The notes below the pieces were generated by a model, which searched no databases, was not told the origin of the DNA, and worked only from the letters and a program-made list of their open reading frames with translations. Both the position numbers and the translations under genes were made by a program. Positions 4,752 to 7,712 of a stretch of 7,712 nucleotides of DNA are shown piece by piece (position 1 is the stretch's first letter; each line of letters opens with the position of its first letter). This stretch comes from a metagenome, in sequence record KOPF15-1_SAMEA7422966_METAG-scaffold_9799; one strand, written 5' to 3'.

Positions 4752-6293
4752 ATGACGGACTCGGACCGCCGACGCACCGACGCGGACGCAGTGCTGACGG
4801 CGGAAGAACGGACGATCGTCATCGACGACGCGACGACCAAGGCGATGATGGCGAGCGCGATGCGTTCCGTCGCCGTCGCGGCGGCGAGACATCGACGACG
4901 CGTCGTGCGTGAAGAGGGTGGGTCGTCGTCGACCGTGTCGTTTGGACGAAACGCGTCGACGCGGATGCGGGGGGATGGAGGACGAACGACGAATGGAACG
5001 ACGACGATGACGACGATGACGGGGACGTCGTCGAGTGTGAGCGCGGCGGCGGTGTGTGCGGCGGCGGAGGATACGTTTAGGGCGTTGTGTTTAGGGAGGA
5101 GGAAAATTGGAAACGCCGCGGGAGCGGAGCCGCCGACGACTGTGGCTCGGGCGTGGAGGAAGAGGGAAAATGGGCGGTACGAGGAGACGGATGATGATGA
5201 TGATGATGACGATAAGACGAAGCCTCCGACTGGGTCGTCGTTGTCGTCGTCAGCGGCGGCGGTGTCTCTGACGAATAACAACAACAACGAGGAACTTTGG
5301 GACGGGAAGACGTCGACTTCGTGGGGCGCCGCCACTCCCACGGCGATGGAGCAACGCGTGGTGACGACCCGGAAGGGTCGGAAGGATTATTGGCACGAAA
5401 TCGTACCCGCGTGTGAAGACGGTGGGGTGTTGGAGATGTGTACGTTTAACGTCGGGGATGACATGGATGGCGGAGGAGATGGGACGCCGCCGCCTCGGCC
5501 GCTCGTAATTTGGGCGCACGGAATGCGGGGAGATTTAAACAACGACGACGCCGAGGGGCTTTGGAACTATTGGGCGCGGGAAGATTTAGGCCCGTGTGGG
5601 GTGGTGCGATACAACGCGAGAGGGTACGGGAAATCGAGCGACGTGCGGCGGACGAGAGAGGCGAGATGGGAAAATCGCGCGAGCGACATGATTGAGGTGA
5701 TGCGGCGCGTGCGAGGCGGAGACGGCGGGGACTTTGTCTTTTCGGGCGCCTCGCTCGGCGCCGCGACGTCCATCTGGGCCACCGTATTGTGTCACGAAAA
5801 CGGATTGGACCTTCCAAAGGCTGTCGTCGTCGTCACGCCGCCGACGTTTTACGAAGAGCGCGAGTCGCGCAAAAAGAAGCTCAAGGAAAAAGTGCTCACG
5901 GGCGGGGCGACGGAAAACTCCACCGCGCCGCGGCGCATCTTCCAGGCGGCGCGAGATTTACCGGTGACGCCCGCGCCCCCGCCTTTGGCCAACCCGAACG
6001 ATTCTTGCGCCGTCGAAGTCTTGATTGGAAGCGCGCAGAGCAACTTGCCAGAACAGGAGCGAGTTCGCACTGCGTTTGCCAACGTACCCGTGCTCTGTTT
6101 AGCCTGGGATTGCGGCGACGGCACGCACCCCGTATCGAGCGCGATGACGATTAAAGATCTCATCCCACACGCCGAACTCGTCGTCGCGAGTTCGCACGAG
6201 GATTACGACATTGTGAAACACGTGCGCGAGCACTGGAGCCCAGCCATCGGGGAATTTATTCAAAGAGAAGTATTATTGAAGACGATGTTGTAA
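4752..6293 (+). CDS. Alpha/beta-hydrolase fold protein with a roughly 210-aa low-complexity N-terminal extension
   Basis: 513-codon ORF with a true ATG (cacaacATGa). The oxyanion-hole HG is in LVIWAHGMRG (W at 5511). The nucleophile elbow G-A-S-L-G is at 5745-5759. The late acid/His candidates are VPVLCLAWDCGD and VVASSHED, in the usual abhydrolase order. The N-terminal part has poly-Thr, poly-Asp (D x8) and poly-Asn runs. Stop TAA is at 6291-6293. Confidence 0.8.
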   Translation: MTDSDRRRTDADAVLTAEERTIVIDDATTKAMMASAMRSVAVAAARHRRRVVREEGGSSSTVSFGRNASTRMRGDGGRTTNGTTTMTTMTGTSSSVSAAAVCAAAEDTFRALCLGRRKIGNAAGAEPPTTVARAWRKRENGRYEETDDDDDDDDKTKPPTGSSLSSSAAAVSLTNNNNNEELWDGKTSTSWGAATPTAMEQRVVTTRKGRKDYWHEIVPACEDGGVLEMCTFNVGDDMDGGGDGTPPPRPLVIWAHGMRGDLNNDDAEGLWNYWAREDLGPCGVVRYNARGYGKSSDVRRTREARWENRASDMIEVMRRVRGGDGGDFVFSGASLGAATSIWATVLCHENGLDLPKAVVVVTPPTFYEERESRKKKLKEKVLTGGATENSTAPRRIFQAARDLPVTPAPPPLANPNDSCAVEVLIGSAQSNLPEQERVRTAFANVPVLCLAWDCGDGTHPVSSAMTIKDLIPHAELVVASSHEDYDIVKHVREHWSPAIGEFIQREVLLKTML

Positions 6294-6324
6294 CTATGTA
6301 GTGGTACCTGATTGATGATTATTA

Positions 6325-7712
<1,388 letters not shown>

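Overview
This window looks like compact, GC-rich eukaryotic nuclear DNA rather than a prokaryotic locus. Two conserved genes are cut by GT-AG introns that carry in-frame stops. Both introns have an ACTGAC branch-like motif 36-37 nt before the 3' splice site. There is also a eukaryote-type tRNA followed by a T-run. Composition (pervasive ACG/CGN repeats), very short intergenic gaps, a plastid-type RecA and a plant-like tRNA-Ala suggest a green picoalga (Mamiellophyceae, Ostreococcus-like). That taxon is an inference, not a database result.

Contents in order:
- a two-exon organelle-targeted RecA (+)
- an LRRC57-like leucine-rich-repeat protein (-)
- an 81-codon 8-cysteine ORF directly upstream of the LRR gene (-)
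- a two-exon cyclophilin-type PPIase (+)
- an alpha/beta-hydrolase with a long low-complexity N-terminus (+)
- a 2OG-Fe(II) oxygenase-like protein (-)
- tRNA-Ala(CGC) (+)
- a roughly 200-nt AT-rich non-coding island

I see no CRISPR array, rRNA, transposon or integrase. The genes are functionally unrelated housekeeping or accessory genes, so I cannot support a coherent new multi-gene system.

The most unusual points are architectural:
- a candidate bicistronic pair, with the Cys-rich ORF 6 nt from the LRR gene, in the same frame, and free of internal ATGs
- only 45 nt between two divergent start codons
- only 31 nt between two convergent stop codons
- a cyclophilin carrying both an N-myristoylation motif and a C-terminal CaaX motif

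Many long ORFs in the supplied track are antisense or off-frame artefacts of the CGN-repeat composition.
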